A stretch of DNA of 64,000 bases. Source: Omnitrophica bacterium RIFCSPLOWO2_12_FULL_50_11 (GTDB taxonomy: Bacteria > Omnitrophota > Omnitrophia > Omnitrophales > Danuiimicrobiaceae). The notes beneath the pieces were generated by a model. That model saw only the letters and a program-made list of their open reading frames with translations, made no database searches and was not told where the DNA came from. The DNA lies in NCBI GenBank assembly GCA_001804315.1, contig MHFT01000050.1, positions 4,600 to 68,599 on the forward strand, read 5' to 3'. Below, one piece after another: positions 42,002 through 52,139 of this stretch. How positions within the stretch are numbered: the stretch's first letter is position 1; every line of letters starts with the position of its first letter. Position numbers and translations under genes: made by a program.

Positions 42002-43338
42002 AACCTTTTCGGAGGAAAACGGTTAAATTTTCAACGCTTGGATGTCGCTTGAATCAATACGAAACTCAAGCCATTCGGGAACAGTTTCTGCGAGGCGGCT
42101 ATGAGGAAACTGGCGATGCTCAAGATGCGGATGTGTTCGTCTTAAATACGTGTTCGGTTACAAGCGAAAGTGACCGTCAAAGCCGTTATCTCATCCGCCG
42201 ATTTCACCGTTCGAAGCCGGAGGGAAAAGTGGTGGTGACCGGTTGTTACGCAGAACGAAATAGGGAAGAAATTGAAGCCATTCCGGGCGTGACTCTGACC
42301 GTATTGAACCGAGAGAAATCAGAGCTCTATGACTTGTTTGAACGTCACGGTCGTGACCCAAGCTGTCTCAGACGAGCGGAACCTGCGCCGCGGCGGCGTT
42401 TTGCACCACTTCAAATTTCCCACTTTGAGGGACGAAGTCGCGCCTATGTGAAGGTTCAAGATGGATGTAATCATGCCTGTTCGTTTTGTAAGGTCGTGCT
42501 TGCGCGTGGTCCTTCTCGGAGCCGGCCGGTTGAGAAAGTCGTCGAAGAAGCGAGACGTCTTGTTGACGACGGCTATTTGGAAGTGGTTCTGACAGGGATT
42601 CAGTTGGGGGCGTACGGTTATGACCTCCGGAAACGTCAAATGCTTGTGGATCTGCTTGGGCTTTTGCCTCAAATCCCGGGGCTCGAGCGGATCCGTTTAA
42701 GTTCCATTGAGCCTACGGATGTGACGGATGAACTTATTTCTTCGATGGCTTCGAACCCAAAGGTTTGTCCTCATCTTCATATTCCGCTTCAAAGTGGCGC
42801 GGATCAAGTACTCGAGCGTATGAACCGCCGGTATCGAAGAAGTGCCTATACGGACTTGATACATCAGTTGAGGGGTTCCATAAACAATTTTGTACTGACG
42901 ACGGATGTGATGATCGGGTTTCCTGGTGAAACGAGTGAAGATTTCGAGCAAACGGTCGAGGTTCTCGAGGAGACAGAGCCGTACAAGCTCCACATTTTTC
43001 CATTTAGTCCGCGCGAGGGAACGCGGGCAGCACGCTTTCAGAATACGGTCGCCTCGGATGAAGTACGCGGACGACGGCACCTAGCCTATCAGCTGGAAAA
43101 GAAGCTTCGGAGAAGGGTTCAAGAAAGATTTCTGGGCCATACGGTAGACGTTTTGGCGGAGGAAACACGACGCGGACAAGGTTGGACAACAGGGCGGAGT
43201 CGTCATTACCTCAAAGTGCGTTTCTCAGTTCCCGGAGCGCAGCCCGGGTTGTGCTATCCAGTGCGAATGACACAAATCGAGGGCGATGAGTTGCTTGGCT
43301 ACGCAGTCGCAGACAGTGTTTTTCAATCTGACACATAA
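41962..43338 (+). CDS. mtaB: t6A methylthiotransferase MtaB (start uncertain)
   Basis: TLGC..N, NTCSV, GC, CxxxCxxC, TRAM domain; follows rsmE. Confidence 0.9.
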   Translation: MSSSLPGSLLRSDEPFRRKTVKFSTLGCRLNQYETQAIREQFLRGGYEETGDAQDADVFVLNTCSVTSESDRQSRYLIRRFHRSKPEGKVVVTGCYAERNREEIEAIPGVTLTVLNREKSELYDLFERHGRDPSCLRRAEPAPRRRFAPLQISHFEGRSRAYVKVQDGCNHACSFCKVVLARGPSRSRPVEKVVEEARRLVDDGYLEVVLTGIQLGAYGYDLRKRQMLVDLLGLLPQIPGLERIRLSSIEPTDVTDELISSMASNPKVCPHLHIPLQSGADQVLERMNRRYRRSAYTDLIHQLRGSINNFVLTTDVMIGFPGETSEDFEQTVEVLEETEPYKLHIFPFSPREGTRAARFQNTVASDEVRGRRHLAYQLEKKLRRRVQERFLGHTVDVLAEETRRGQGWTTGRSRHYLKVRFSVPGAQPGLCYPVRMTQIEGDELLGYAVADSVFQSDT

Positions 43339-43339
43339 C

Positions 43340-43879
43340 ATGGAAACATATTCCTATTGGCTCTTGATTTGGAAGTATATGGGATGGATCGACGTTGTCT
43401 TTGTCATCGCGTTTGCGGTGGGTGTCTTCCTAGGCCTGAACAGAGGTTTTGGGAAAATGTTGCGTCGGGTGAGTGAAGTTTTGGTGGCGCAGGTCGTTGT
43501 ACTCGAATATTACCAAGCTCTTGCGCAGGCGGTTCACGTTCGTATTCCGATTCCAATTCAGCTGCTTGAGATCTTTATGTTTGCTGCTCTCGCGATTGGG
43601 TCGATTCTCGCTATTTTATTTTTGTTTCAGGTGTTATCTGCAATTGTGTTCATTGAAGCAACACCGTTTGTAAGAAATATATTGGGAGGGATCATCGGTG
43701 GCGTTTATTTTGTTTTACTGCTGGGCCTTCTTTCGTCCTTTTTATTGATGTTTCCAAATCCGTGGATGCATGACAGCTTTCATAAAAGTGCCCTGAGCGG
43801 CCCTTTTCTGGCAGAGCTGACTCCCCAAGTGCACGGGTGGGCGAAGTCGTTCATTCTGGAACGTCTATCGGCACCGTGA
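43340..43879 (+). CDS. CvpA family membrane protein
   Basis: WIDVV...G..RGF, 4 TM segments, LGG..G. Confidence 0.7.
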   Translation: METYSYWLLIWKYMGWIDVVFVIAFAVGVFLGLNRGFGKMLRRVSEVLVAQVVVLEYYQALAQAVHVRIPIPIQLLEIFMFAALAIGSILAILFLFQVLSAIVFIEATPFVRNILGGIIGGVYFVLLLGLLSSFLLMFPNPWMHDSFHKSALSGPFLAELTPQVHGWAKSFILERLSAP

Positions 43880-44544
43880 AACTGCTTGCACCGTTTTCTC
43901 CTCCACCTCAACCCATTCACTCCGAAGGGGGAACCGAGAGGGTGAGGGGGTTGAAACCGCTCGACCGGTCTTTTTATAATCGTTGTACTCAGATTGTTGC
44001 GTATGAATTGATTGGAAAGATCCTTACCTTTCGCGAAGGACAGTCGCTACTACGCGGCCGAATCGTCGAGACAGAGGCTTATCTCGGCAAGGAAGATCGA
44101 GCGAGCCACGCGTATCGGGGTGTGACGCCTCGGAATCGTGTCATGTTCGGGCCGCCGGGCTTTAGCTATGTCTATTTTACTTATGGGAATCATCACTGTT
44201 TGAATATTGTGACGGAGCTGGAGGGCATGCCAGGAGCGGTATTGATTCGAGCCGCAGAGCCGCTGACGGGGATTTCGGTGATGAGGAAGCGGAGGAGGCA
44301 GGAGGCAACGGTACAATTAACGAATGGCCCGGGAAAGTTAACACAAGCGTTTGGAATTACACGGGAACATTCCGGCCGTGATATGACCACCGAACCTCTT
44401 TGCGTTACTGAGGCGCGCGATGACAAAGACATAGACTTTTCCTCGGTCCATATTCGAGCCGCAACGAGGATCGGCATCCGCCACGGGAAAAAGTTGCCGT
44501 TTCGATTTTATCTGATGGGCAATCCTTTCGTTTCGGCAGGTTGA
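43876..44544 (+). CDS. DNA-3-methyladenine glycosylase (MPG/AAG), start uncertain
   Basis: IVETEAY, YVYFTYG, AVLIRA, GPGKL, RIGI. Confidence 0.92.
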   Translation: MKLLAPFSPPPQPIHSEGGTERVRGLKPLDRSFYNRCTQIVAYELIGKILTFREGQSLLRGRIVETEAYLGKEDRASHAYRGVTPRNRVMFGPPGFSYVYFTYGNHHCLNIVTELEGMPGAVLIRAAEPLTGISVMRKRRRQEATVQLTNGPGKLTQAFGITREHSGRDMTTEPLCVTEARDDKDIDFSSVHIRAATRIGIRHGKKLPFRFYLMGNPFVSAG

Positions 44545-44547
44545 TCG

Positions 44548-46329
44548 ATGGCTTTCAGCGAGCAAGTGATTGATCAAGTCCAGCAAGCGAGCGATATTGT
44601 GGATGTGGTTTCTTCTTATGTTCCGCTCAAGCGGGCAGGTCGTAACTATAAAGCGCTTTGTCCGTTTCATCACGAAAAAACCCCGTCTTTTATGGTGAAT
44701 CCCGACAAGCAAATCTTTCACTGCTTCGGTTGTGGCGTTGGAGGCGATGTCTTTTCATTCGTGATGAAACATGAACAGATGGGCTTTCCGGAAGCGCTCC
44801 GGCATCTGGCCGATCGCGCACGGATTTGTCTCCCCGAAGCTAGTGACACAACACCGGAAGCGCGTTCTCTCAACGAGCGGTTGTATCAGATTTATGCCCT
44901 TGCTTCAGAATTTTATCATACTCGTCTGACGAATCCTGCACTGGGAGAGCAGGCACGATCGTACTTGGCCAAACGTAGTTTTGATCTAGAGGCGGTTAAG
45001 ACGTTTCAGTTGGGTTTTGCACCCCCCGAATGGCGCGCACTTCTTCAGATGTTGACCAAAAAAGGATTTCGGGACGAAGAACTGCTTCGTTCCGGGTTGA
45101 TTGTCCGATCGGTCCAAGGCGAAGCGTATGACCTTTTTCGAAACCGTATCATATTCCCCATTATGAACGCGCAAGGCAAGCTGATCGCATTTGGTGGTCG
45201 GGTTCTGGGTGATGAAACGCCCAAATATCTGAACTCACCTGAAACCTCAATTTTCAAGAAGCGGAAGGAGCTGTATGCACTCCACCTTGCGAAACGATTT
45301 ATTTCTGCCCCTGGTGCCATTCGCCGTGTCCTCATAACGGAAGGCTATCTGGACTGCATTCGCCTTTACATGAGTGGTTTTCAAAATGTGGTTGCGAGTC
45401 TAGGGACTTCGCTGACCGAAGAGCACGTTCGGAATCTCAAGCGTTATGCAGATGAAGCGATTGTGATTTTTGATCCGGATCCGGCAGGTGAACAAGCATC
45501 GTTGAGAAGTCTGGACCTTTTTCTTGAGGAGGGGATGGCGGTTAAAGTGCTCTCACTCCCTCAGGGGATTGATCCGGATGACTTCGTTCGGGCGCGCGGA
45601 CCAGAGGCGATGAAGCCGTTGATAGAAGAAAGCCAGGATTTTTTTGACTTTAAGCTTCGTGTCCTTCTCGCGCGTTACAACCGGTCGGATTCACTTGGAC
45701 TCTTGAAGGTTACAGGAGAGTTTTTAGACAGTATTTCCAAAATTAAGAATGCGGTACTTGTAGACCGCTATTTAAAACGGTTGTCAGCGAATTTAGGTGT
45801 TGAAGAAACATCGTTACGTTCTGAATTAAAGAAGTTGAAACAGAAGCAGACGTCACTCCGGTTCACCAAACCAGCCGGCTCGCAAGTCGGCCAGACGAGT
45901 GACAAGGAGGGACCATTTGAGAATATCCTCCTAAGTTTACTCCTTAATGAACCGATGCATTTAACCGTTTTCCAGGAGATGTTTCCTCATTTTGTGTTTT
46001 CGAGCGAGAAAGCAAATAAGGTGCTCCATCTGCTCGGCCAAATGGCTCATGAAGAGGCGCTGTCTCGGCATTCGGCTTCAAAATTGTTGAATCGGGTCAG
46101 AGACCCTGAGTTGAAAAACTACGTCAGTAACTTGCTCGTCAGGGAGTGGGGCTCAGCGCGCGATCGGGACCGTGCATTTCATGACTGTATGGAACGGCTG
46201 AGGAAGGGGGAACGATCGGAGCAGCTCAAAGCGCTTCGCCATCAGATTTCGCAGGCAGAAAAGACAGGTGACGAGAAGCTGGTTCTCCAGTATGTTAGGG
46301 AATATCAAGGGTTACTTGGAAAGGGGTGA
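44548..46329 (+). CDS. dnaG: DNA primase
   Basis: CPFHHEKTPS, CFGC, KYLNSPET, EGYLD, DPD. Confidence 0.97.
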   Translation: MAFSEQVIDQVQQASDIVDVVSSYVPLKRAGRNYKALCPFHHEKTPSFMVNPDKQIFHCFGCGVGGDVFSFVMKHEQMGFPEALRHLADRARICLPEASDTTPEARSLNERLYQIYALASEFYHTRLTNPALGEQARSYLAKRSFDLEAVKTFQLGFAPPEWRALLQMLTKKGFRDEELLRSGLIVRSVQGEAYDLFRNRIIFPIMNAQGKLIAFGGRVLGDETPKYLNSPETSIFKKRKELYALHLAKRFISAPGAIRRVLITEGYLDCIRLYMSGFQNVVASLGTSLTEEHVRNLKRYADEAIVIFDPDPAGEQASLRSLDLFLEEGMAVKVLSLPQGIDPDDFVRARGPEAMKPLIEESQDFFDFKLRVLLARYNRSDSLGLLKVTGEFLDSISKIKNAVLVDRYLKRLSANLGVEETSLRSELKKLKQKQTSLRFTKPAGSQVGQTSDKEGPFENILLSLLLNEPMHLTVFQEMFPHFVFSSEKANKVLHLLGQMAHEEALSRHSASKLLNRVRDPELKNYVSNLLVREWGSARDRDRAFHDCMERLRKGERSEQLKALRHQISQAEKTGDEKLVLQYVREYQGLLGKG

Positions 46330-46342
46330 CGTGAGGTAAGGA

Positions 46343-46536
46343 TTTAGTCCGGTTTTCTCATCAATTTGGCGGATTGATGAGAAAACCGCTTTGGACGCAC
46401 GAAGTTGCGTCCAAAGTTTTGCGCCCCTGTCAAAACGGGGCGCAAAAGACAACCCCTGTGGTACAAATGGACAAGCCCATTTGCACCACAGCCTCTTCGA
46501 GGGCATTTCTCATTGGCGATGAGAAATGCGGGTTAG
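46343..46536. repeat. Hairpin-chain dispersed repeat, copy 2 (194 bp)
   Basis: Near-identical to 24018-24271. Confidence 0.92.
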
Positions 46537-46542
46537 GATTCT

Positions 46543-48330
46543 ATGAAGAGGGAAAGAAGGTTTAAGAAAATTCGTCAGAAGAAGCGAAACCGGAATGCCA
46601 AAGGCCGAGGTCTGGATTCTCGGCGCGATTCAAAGCATTCGCCGAAATCGAGGCCCTGCTTGGAGAAAGAGACTGTGTCTATCACCAGAAAAGTCCATGG
46701 CCGTACAAGGAAGAAGAAAACACTAGCTTCTGAGGCAGCCAGTTTGAAACGAGGCGGAACCGCTTCTTATCAGGCGGACTTAGATCAGCTTGTCTCGTTA
46801 GGCAAGCGGCAAGGCTATGTCACTTATGAGCAAATCAACAGTGTATTTCCACGCGAAACCACTTCTTCCGAAAGGATCGAGGAAATACTAAACGCACTTT
46901 CTGAGCGGAATATCGAGGTGACGACGAGCCCGATTCAAAAGGGGGCCGGCGTTGAAGAAGAAAGTCAAGTGAAGAAGGAGAGGAAAGAAATAGCTCTACC
47001 TCGTAAAGAATTTCCGATTCAAGAAGAAGAATATGAACGCGCCCGCATGGATGATCCTGTTCGGACCTATTTGCGTCAAATGGGTCAGATTCCGTTGCTG
47101 ACGCGGGAGCAGGAAATCGCGCTCGCGAAGCGCATTGAAGATGAAGAGGCGAAATTGGCGACCACGGTGTTTGAAACGAAAGCGGCACGATATGAGGTGT
47201 TGTGCTTGGCAAATCAAATTGTGAACAATGAGGTCAGCTTAGAATCCATCATTGATGAAGACGAGGCATCCAAACTCCAGTTCACGAAGCGAAAGTTACA
47301 AAGTCTAACGCGCAAGCTTCGTGCGTCGCGCAAAGATGCTGACTTAGTCCCGCTCCTGAAGCAGTTCAATCTGAATGTCGGGATCGTCGAACAAATTATT
47401 GCCAATTTGCGTTCCAAACTCAATGAGCTTAAGCGGAACGAAAAGGCGATCGAGCAACTTAGGAGAACAGAGGTTCGGGGACAGATTGGTGCCCTGATGG
47501 AACGGAACAAAGAAATTCTCAGTCAGATCGGCGAGACGGAAAGTGCGGTTTATGAGCATATGAAGCGGATTCAAAAACGTGAGCGTGAGCTTTCTCGGGC
47601 GAAGAAAGATTTAGTCGCTGCGAATTTGAGGCTCGTGGTGAGCATTGCCAAAAAATACACGAACCGAGGGCTCACGTTCTTGGATTTGATTCAGGAAGGC
47701 AATATCGGTTTGATGAAAGCGGTAGATAAATTCGAATACAAGCGGGGTTACAAATTTTCTACTTATGCGACCTGGTGGATCCGCCAGGCAATTACGCGTT
47801 CGATTGCGGACCAGGCGCGAACGATCCGCATTCCGGTGCACATGATCGAGACGATCAATAAATTTTTCCGTGCGTCGCGACATCTGGTTCAGGAATCGGG
47901 CCGCGAGCCGACTCCGGAAGAAGTGGCGCGTGTGATGAAGATGCCGGTTGAAAAGGTGAAGGGGATCCTGAAAATTGCGCAGGAGCCCATCAGCCTTCAG
48001 ACGCCTGTGGGCGAAGAAGGAGACACGAGCTTTGGCGATTTTATCGAGGACAAAGGCGCCGTTTCTCCAGCGAATGCGACTGCTTATTCCATGCTCAAAG
48101 AGCAGATGGATGAGGTTTTGGACACGATTACAGAGCGCGAGGAAAAAGTTTTGAGGCTTCGGTTCGGGATCGGGGATGGTTACTCACGGACGCTCGAGGA
48201 GGTAGGGAAAATCTTTAATGTTACGCGCGAGCGCGTCCGTCAAATTGAGGCGAAGGCGCTTCGAAAACTAAGGCATCCAACGCGTTCGCGGAAGCTGAAA
48301 AACTTTTTAGACTTGAAGTTCAAGGACTAG
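46543..48330 (+). CDS. rpoD: RNA polymerase primary sigma factor
   Basis: [35 protein letters not shown]. Confidence 0.97.
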   Translation: MKRERRFKKIRQKKRNRNAKGRGLDSRRDSKHSPKSRPCLEKETVSITRKVHGRTRKKKTLASEAASLKRGGTASYQADLDQLVSLGKRQGYVTYEQINSVFPRETTSSERIEEILNALSERNIEVTTSPIQKGAGVEEESQVKKERKEIALPRKEFPIQEEEYERARMDDPVRTYLRQMGQIPLLTREQEIALAKRIEDEEAKLATTVFETKAARYEVLCLANQIVNNEVSLESIIDEDEASKLQFTKRKLQSLTRKLRASRKDADLVPLLKQFNLNVGIVEQIIANLRSKLNELKRNEKAIEQLRRTEVRGQIGALMERNKEILSQIGETESAVYEHMKRIQKRERELSRAKKDLVAANLRLVVSIAKKYTNRGLTFLDLIQEGNIGLMKAVDKFEYKRGYKFSTYATWWIRQAITRSIADQARTIRIPVHMIETINKFFRASRHLVQESGREPTPEEVARVMKMPVEKVKGILKIAQEPISLQTPVGEEGDTSFGDFIEDKGAVSPANATAYSMLKEQMDEVLDTITEREEKVLRLRFGIGDGYSRTLEEVGKIFNVTRERVRQIEAKALRKLRHPTRSRKLKNFLDLKFKD

Positions 48331-48400
48331 TCCCCCACCACTCTTGAAATGATGTGCCCTATATTGTTCAAACCACCAAAATTGAACGTGGTTGGGATTA
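48328..48400. repeat. CCCCACCAC-family palindrome at the rpoD stop
   Basis: tagtcccccaccac...gtggttgggatta. Confidence 0.65.
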
Positions 48401-48523
48401 GCCGGTGAAATGACGAAATTCTCCGCCAGAAAACGCGGTGGATTCGCCCTGTCGTTTGGCGGAGAATGACAAACGGCCCTGTTGCTTGAGCAACCACTGA
48501 TGAGATGAGGAGAACGTTCGGAT

Positions 48524-48832
48524 ATGCCAACACGAGAAGAAGTCATCGAAGCAGTGAAACAAGTATACGATCCAGAAATTCCGGTCAATGTGTACGATCT
48601 CGGTCTCATTTATGAAATCAACGTTCAGGGTCAAAAGGTAGTGTTGAAGATGACGTTGACGAGCCAAGGCTGCCCCTCCGCTCGCGAGTTGCCGGATATG
48701 GTCCGCACGCGAATCGCGGTGTTGCCGAACGTACAGGACGTAGACGTCCAATTGGTTTGGGATCCAGCGTGGAATCCCTCCATGATTAGTCCCCAAGGAA
48801 AGCAGATCCTAAAGCTTGAGGATGAGTATTAG
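48524..48832 (+). CDS. SufT/MIP18 (DUF59) Fe-S assembly protein
   Basis: DPEIPVNVYDLGLIY, TLTSQGCP, WDPAW. Confidence 0.9.
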   Translation: MPTREEVIEAVKQVYDPEIPVNVYDLGLIYEINVQGQKVVLKMTLTSQGCPSARELPDMVRTRIAVLPNVQDVDVQLVWDPAWNPSMISPQGKQILKLEDEY

Positions 48833-48845
48833 CTTTTCTTGACCG

Positions 48846-49556
48846 ATGGATAAGGTGCGGCGTCTATACGAAGAGTCGCGTGTCTCCTTTCGGGCCGGTG
48901 ATTTAAGCGAAGCCATCTCAAAATTGGAGGAAGCGGTGTCTTTAGATCCTGAAGATCCAGACGTACTGGAAGCGTTGGGTGTGTGCTATTCTAAAATAGA
49001 CCGACTGGACGATGCGATCGGTATGATGAAGCGCTTGGCCAAAGTTTCCCCCAATCACATCATGGCACATACTAATCTCTCCCGGTTTTATGTTCAAAAG
49101 GGAATGATTTTGGAAGCGGAACAAGAACAAGCCGAAGCACGTCTGCTTTCCTGGAAAGCAGAATTGAAAGCTCAAAAGGAAACGCAAAGCCAGGAAGCGA
49201 AAGAGAAAACGTCAGAAGAACAAGAACGAGAGCGGGTGAGAGAAATTGAAGATCGGATCATTCGGTATCAAAAAGTGATTGCATTGGATCCAGACGACGT
49301 GCTTGGTTATTTCAGTTTGGGGAGCGCTTATTTGGAAGCGAAACGCGTCGAGGACGCAAAGGAAGCGTTTTCGCGGGCGGTTGAAGTCGATCCCCATCAC
49401 AGCCAGAGTTATCTGAACCTGGGTCTTGCGTTGGAATCTCTCGAGCAGAAAAGCAAAGCAATTCGCGTTTACGAGCGGGGAATTCAAGTGGCTGAGGCGC
49501 GCGGCGATATGATCCCGCTTCGAAAAATGGAAGCGCGTTTGAAGATGCTTCGATGA
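48846..49556 (+). CDS. Tetratricopeptide repeat protein
   Basis: Repeated TPR-like LG..Y...A motifs. Confidence 0.8.
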   Translation: MDKVRRLYEESRVSFRAGDLSEAISKLEEAVSLDPEDPDVLEALGVCYSKIDRLDDAIGMMKRLAKVSPNHIMAHTNLSRFYVQKGMILEAEQEQAEARLLSWKAELKAQKETQSQEAKEKTSEEQERERVREIEDRIIRYQKVIALDPDDVLGYFSLGSAYLEAKRVEDAKEAFSRAVEVDPHHSQSYLNLGLALESLEQKSKAIRVYERGIQVAEARGDMIPLRKMEARLKMLR

Positions 49557-49564
49557 TCGAGTCC

Positions 49565-49638
<74 letters not shown>

Positions 49639-49693
49639 AGATTCGCGGTTCCGAACGGTGGAGAAATAAAGGAAACCGTGAAACGAATTTGCC

Positions 49694-50794
49694 ATGAGAA
49701 TTTTACACCGCTACTGCCTTCGTGAACTCGTCGCGCCATTTTTGCTCTCCTTGGTGCTTGTCACTTTCATTTTTCTCGTGGCCAATTTGTTTACACTCGC
49801 GGACCTGGTGATTAATAAAGGTGTGAGCTTCTTCGAGGTGTTGAAACTGCTCGTTTTGATGATCCCAGAATTATTGGGTTTTATTTTGCCGACCGGCACC
49901 TTGGCAGCTGTCCTTCTTGTTTTCGGCGCCTTTGCTCAAAACAACGAAATCCTCGCCATGAAGGCAAGCGGACTTCATTTGTTTCATGTCTTTGCGCCGG
50001 TCGTGGCGATCGCGTTCTTCCTGAGCTTGTTTTCGCTTTTTTTGATCGATCAACTGCAACCTGCTTCCGAATACCGTTCTCGTCAAATCGTCCGCAAAAT
50101 GTTGGTTCAGAGGCCCGCCGCATATTTGGAAGCCGGCCGATTTGTCAAAGATTTCCAAGATTACACCTTTTGGATCAATAAAGTGGATGGGAATCGGCTT
50201 AAGGGCGTCACGATTTTTCAGCATTTGGAGGATAAACCCACAAGAACGATCATGGCTGAATGGGCAGAGATCATTCCATCAGAAGATGAAAAATCGTTTG
50301 CCTTGAGACTTCACAGTGGTACAAGTGATGAAGTCAATCCGGAAGACCCAAGTGTTTTTTATAAGCTCGACTTTAAAACGCTGTTGCTTCAAGACATCGT
50401 GCTTGGGCGCGAGCGCGGTGGGGTAGATAAGAAAGAGAAGGAGATGTCGATCGATGAACTGCTGTATCGATTAAAGCATGATGCGACCGTCAAGAGTGTG
50501 CCGAAGCGCGAGCGGACGTTTAAAGCGGAAATTCATAAGAAAATTTCATTTTCCTTTGCGACACTCGTTTTTGTCCTGGTTGGTTTGCCTGCTGCGATTC
50601 TAAGTCGGCGCGGGGAGGCTGTGGTGAGTTTTAGCGTGGCAATGGGTATGGTGGCTATTTATTATGTTTTGTTTGTGGCTGGGCGGACGGCCGCGGTTTT
50701 CGGGTATTTGCCTGCCTGGATTGCTCTTTGGTTGCCCAATGTGTTGCTTGTTGCGGTTGCCTTATTCCTCGGGAGGAAAGTGGTGCAGTTGTAA
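49694..50794 (+). CDS. lptF: LptF/LptG family permease
   Basis: ILHRY, NNEILAMKASG, 3+3 TM layout, WLPN. Confidence 0.85.
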   Translation: MRILHRYCLRELVAPFLLSLVLVTFIFLVANLFTLADLVINKGVSFFEVLKLLVLMIPELLGFILPTGTLAAVLLVFGAFAQNNEILAMKASGLHLFHVFAPVVAIAFFLSLFSLFLIDQLQPASEYRSRQIVRKMLVQRPAAYLEAGRFVKDFQDYTFWINKVDGNRLKGVTIFQHLEDKPTRTIMAEWAEIIPSEDEKSFALRLHSGTSDEVNPEDPSVFYKLDFKTLLLQDIVLGRERGGVDKKEKEMSIDELLYRLKHDATVKSVPKRERTFKAEIHKKISFSFATLVFVLVGLPAAILSRRGEAVVSFSVAMGMVAIYYVLFVAGRTAAVFGYLPAWIALWLPNVLLVAVALFLGRKVVQL

Positions 50795-51154
50795 GTGCTG
50801 GAGATGTTTGGTAATATAATCGAAATTGTTCTTTCTGAATTTGGTGATGCGCGGTAGGGCTAGGAGATGATCGCTCCCGCCGGATTTGGGCGGGGGAGGA
50901 AAGTCCGGGCTCCATAAGGCAGAGTGCTCCGTAATTCGGAGGCTTACGTCCCGAAAGGGGTGTAAGACGGAAAGTGCCACAGAAAAAAAACAGCTCCTCA
51001 TTTTTTTGGGGGGTCAAGGTGAAACGGCGGTTTAAGAGACCACCGGTCCAACGGCAACTGCGGACGCATGGCAAACCCCACTTGGAGAAAGACTGAATAG
51101 AAGACGATCGGCTTGCCCTTAAAAGACGTCGAGCCAGGGAATAGCCTGTTCCCT

Positions 51155-51210
51155 GTCCCCCACCACTTTAAGGTGATAATCTTTGGACACACCTTAAAGT
51201 GGTGGGGGAC
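51155..51210. repeat. CCCCACCAC-family palindrome in rnpB (P16/P17 region)
   Basis: gtcccccaccactttaaggtg/caccttaaagtggtgggggac perfect stem. Confidence 0.9.
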
Positions 51211-51271
51211 TAAAGTCTTGGGTTAGTCGCATGAGATTTCGTGAGAGCGGAATCCTAGACAGATGATCATC

Positions 51272-51327
51272 GTCCCCCACTACTTTAAGGTTCGTCCCCT
51301 GTGACATTCCTTAAAGTAGTGGGGGAT
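51272..51327. repeat. CCCCACCAC-family palindrome in rnpB (P19 position)
   Basis: tcccccactactttaagg/ccttaaagtagtggggga. Confidence 0.9.
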
Positions 51328-51423
51328 TACAGAACTCGGCTTAACTTAGCGTTACCGCGCAATCTCCACTTTTGCACAATGTAAACGGGTGCGTGGCACC
51401 AAACTTTTTCTTGGTTTTTGCTG

Positions 51424-51452
51424 TTGACTCTGGCGGTTCTTTGAGGTATTAT
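51424..51452 (+). promoter_or_regulatory. pyr operon promoter
   Basis: TTGACT-N17-TATTAT. Confidence 0.75.
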
Positions 51453-51464
51453 TACGCTCGTTCG

Positions 51465-51497
51465 CCTTTTAAACTGGTCCTGTGAGGCCGGAAAAGG
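51465..51497 (+). promoter_or_regulatory. PyrR-binding loop
   Basis: UUUAAA...GGUCCUGUGAGGCC matches the PyrR consensus RUCCNGNGAGGY; CCUUUU/AAAAGG basal stem. Confidence 0.88.
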
Positions 51498-51503
51498 TAT
51501 CAA

Positions 51504-51551
51504 ATGAAAATCGAAAGACGAGAAAAGATTAAGATAAGCTCACTCAAATAG
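51504..51551 (+). CDS. Putative pyr leader peptide MKIERREKIKISSLK
   Basis: AAAAGGT RBS in the 3' strand of the binding loop; stop codon inside the terminator. Confidence 0.5.
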   Translation: MKIERREKIKISSLK

Positions 51552-51565
51552 TGAGCTATTTTTTT
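51537..51565 (+). terminator. Attenuator terminator
   Basis: AGCTCACT-caaat-AGTGAGCT followed by a T run. Confidence 0.85.
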
Positions 51566-51584
51566 ACCTACGAACTGGAACATT

Positions 51585-52139
51585 ATGACACACTCAAGAG
51601 AAATCATTAATTCAGAGGAAATGAACCGTGCGATGGTGAGAATCGCGCACGAGATCCTTGAGAAGAACAAAGGAACAGAAGGACTGGCCTTAATCGGGAT
51701 CCGTACAGGGGGTGCCTATCTGGCAAAGCGGTTTCAAGAGAAAATTCATGCCGTGGAAGGATGTGAGGTTCCGCTTGGGCTCCTCGATATTACGATGTAT
51801 CGCGATGACTTGACTGAAATCGGCCCGCAGCCGAATGTTGGCGAGACCGACATCAGTTTTGATGTGAACGGAAAAAACGTCGTGCTCGTAGATGACGTTT
51901 TGTTTACCGGTCGTACGATTCGATGCGCACTCGACGCCTTAATCGATTTAGGGCGGCCGCGGTCGATACAGCTTGCTGTGCTCGTGGACCGGGGTCACAG
52001 GGAACTGCCGGTCAAACCCGACTATGTGGGAAAAAATATTCCGACCGCAAGACACGAAGAAGTGGTGGTGAAATTTAAAGAGCATGACGGCGAAGATAGC
52101 GTTTGTATCGTTGAGAGGAGCCCCGATGTGGAAGCGTAA
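51585..52139 (+). CDS. pyrR: PyrR regulator/uracil phosphoribosyltransferase
   Basis: [30 protein letters not shown]. Confidence 0.96.
   Translation: MTHSREIINSEEMNRAMVRIAHEILEKNKGTEGLALIGIRTGGAYLAKRFQEKIHAVEGCEVPLGLLDITMYRDDLTEIGPQPNVGETDISFDVNGKNVVLVDDVLFTGRTIRCALDALIDLGRPRSIQLAVLVDRGHRELPVKPDYVGKNIPTARHEEVVVKFKEHDGEDSVCIVERSPDVEA

Larger units (their letters stand above)
50849..51360 (+). ncRNA. rnpB: RNase P RNA (type A), enlarged by inserted helices
   Basis: GAGGAAAGUCCGGGC, AGUGCCACAGAAA, GGUGAAACGG, AAACCCCAC, ACAGAACUCGGCUUA; P1 GCGCGGUA/UACCGCGC. Confidence 0.96.
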
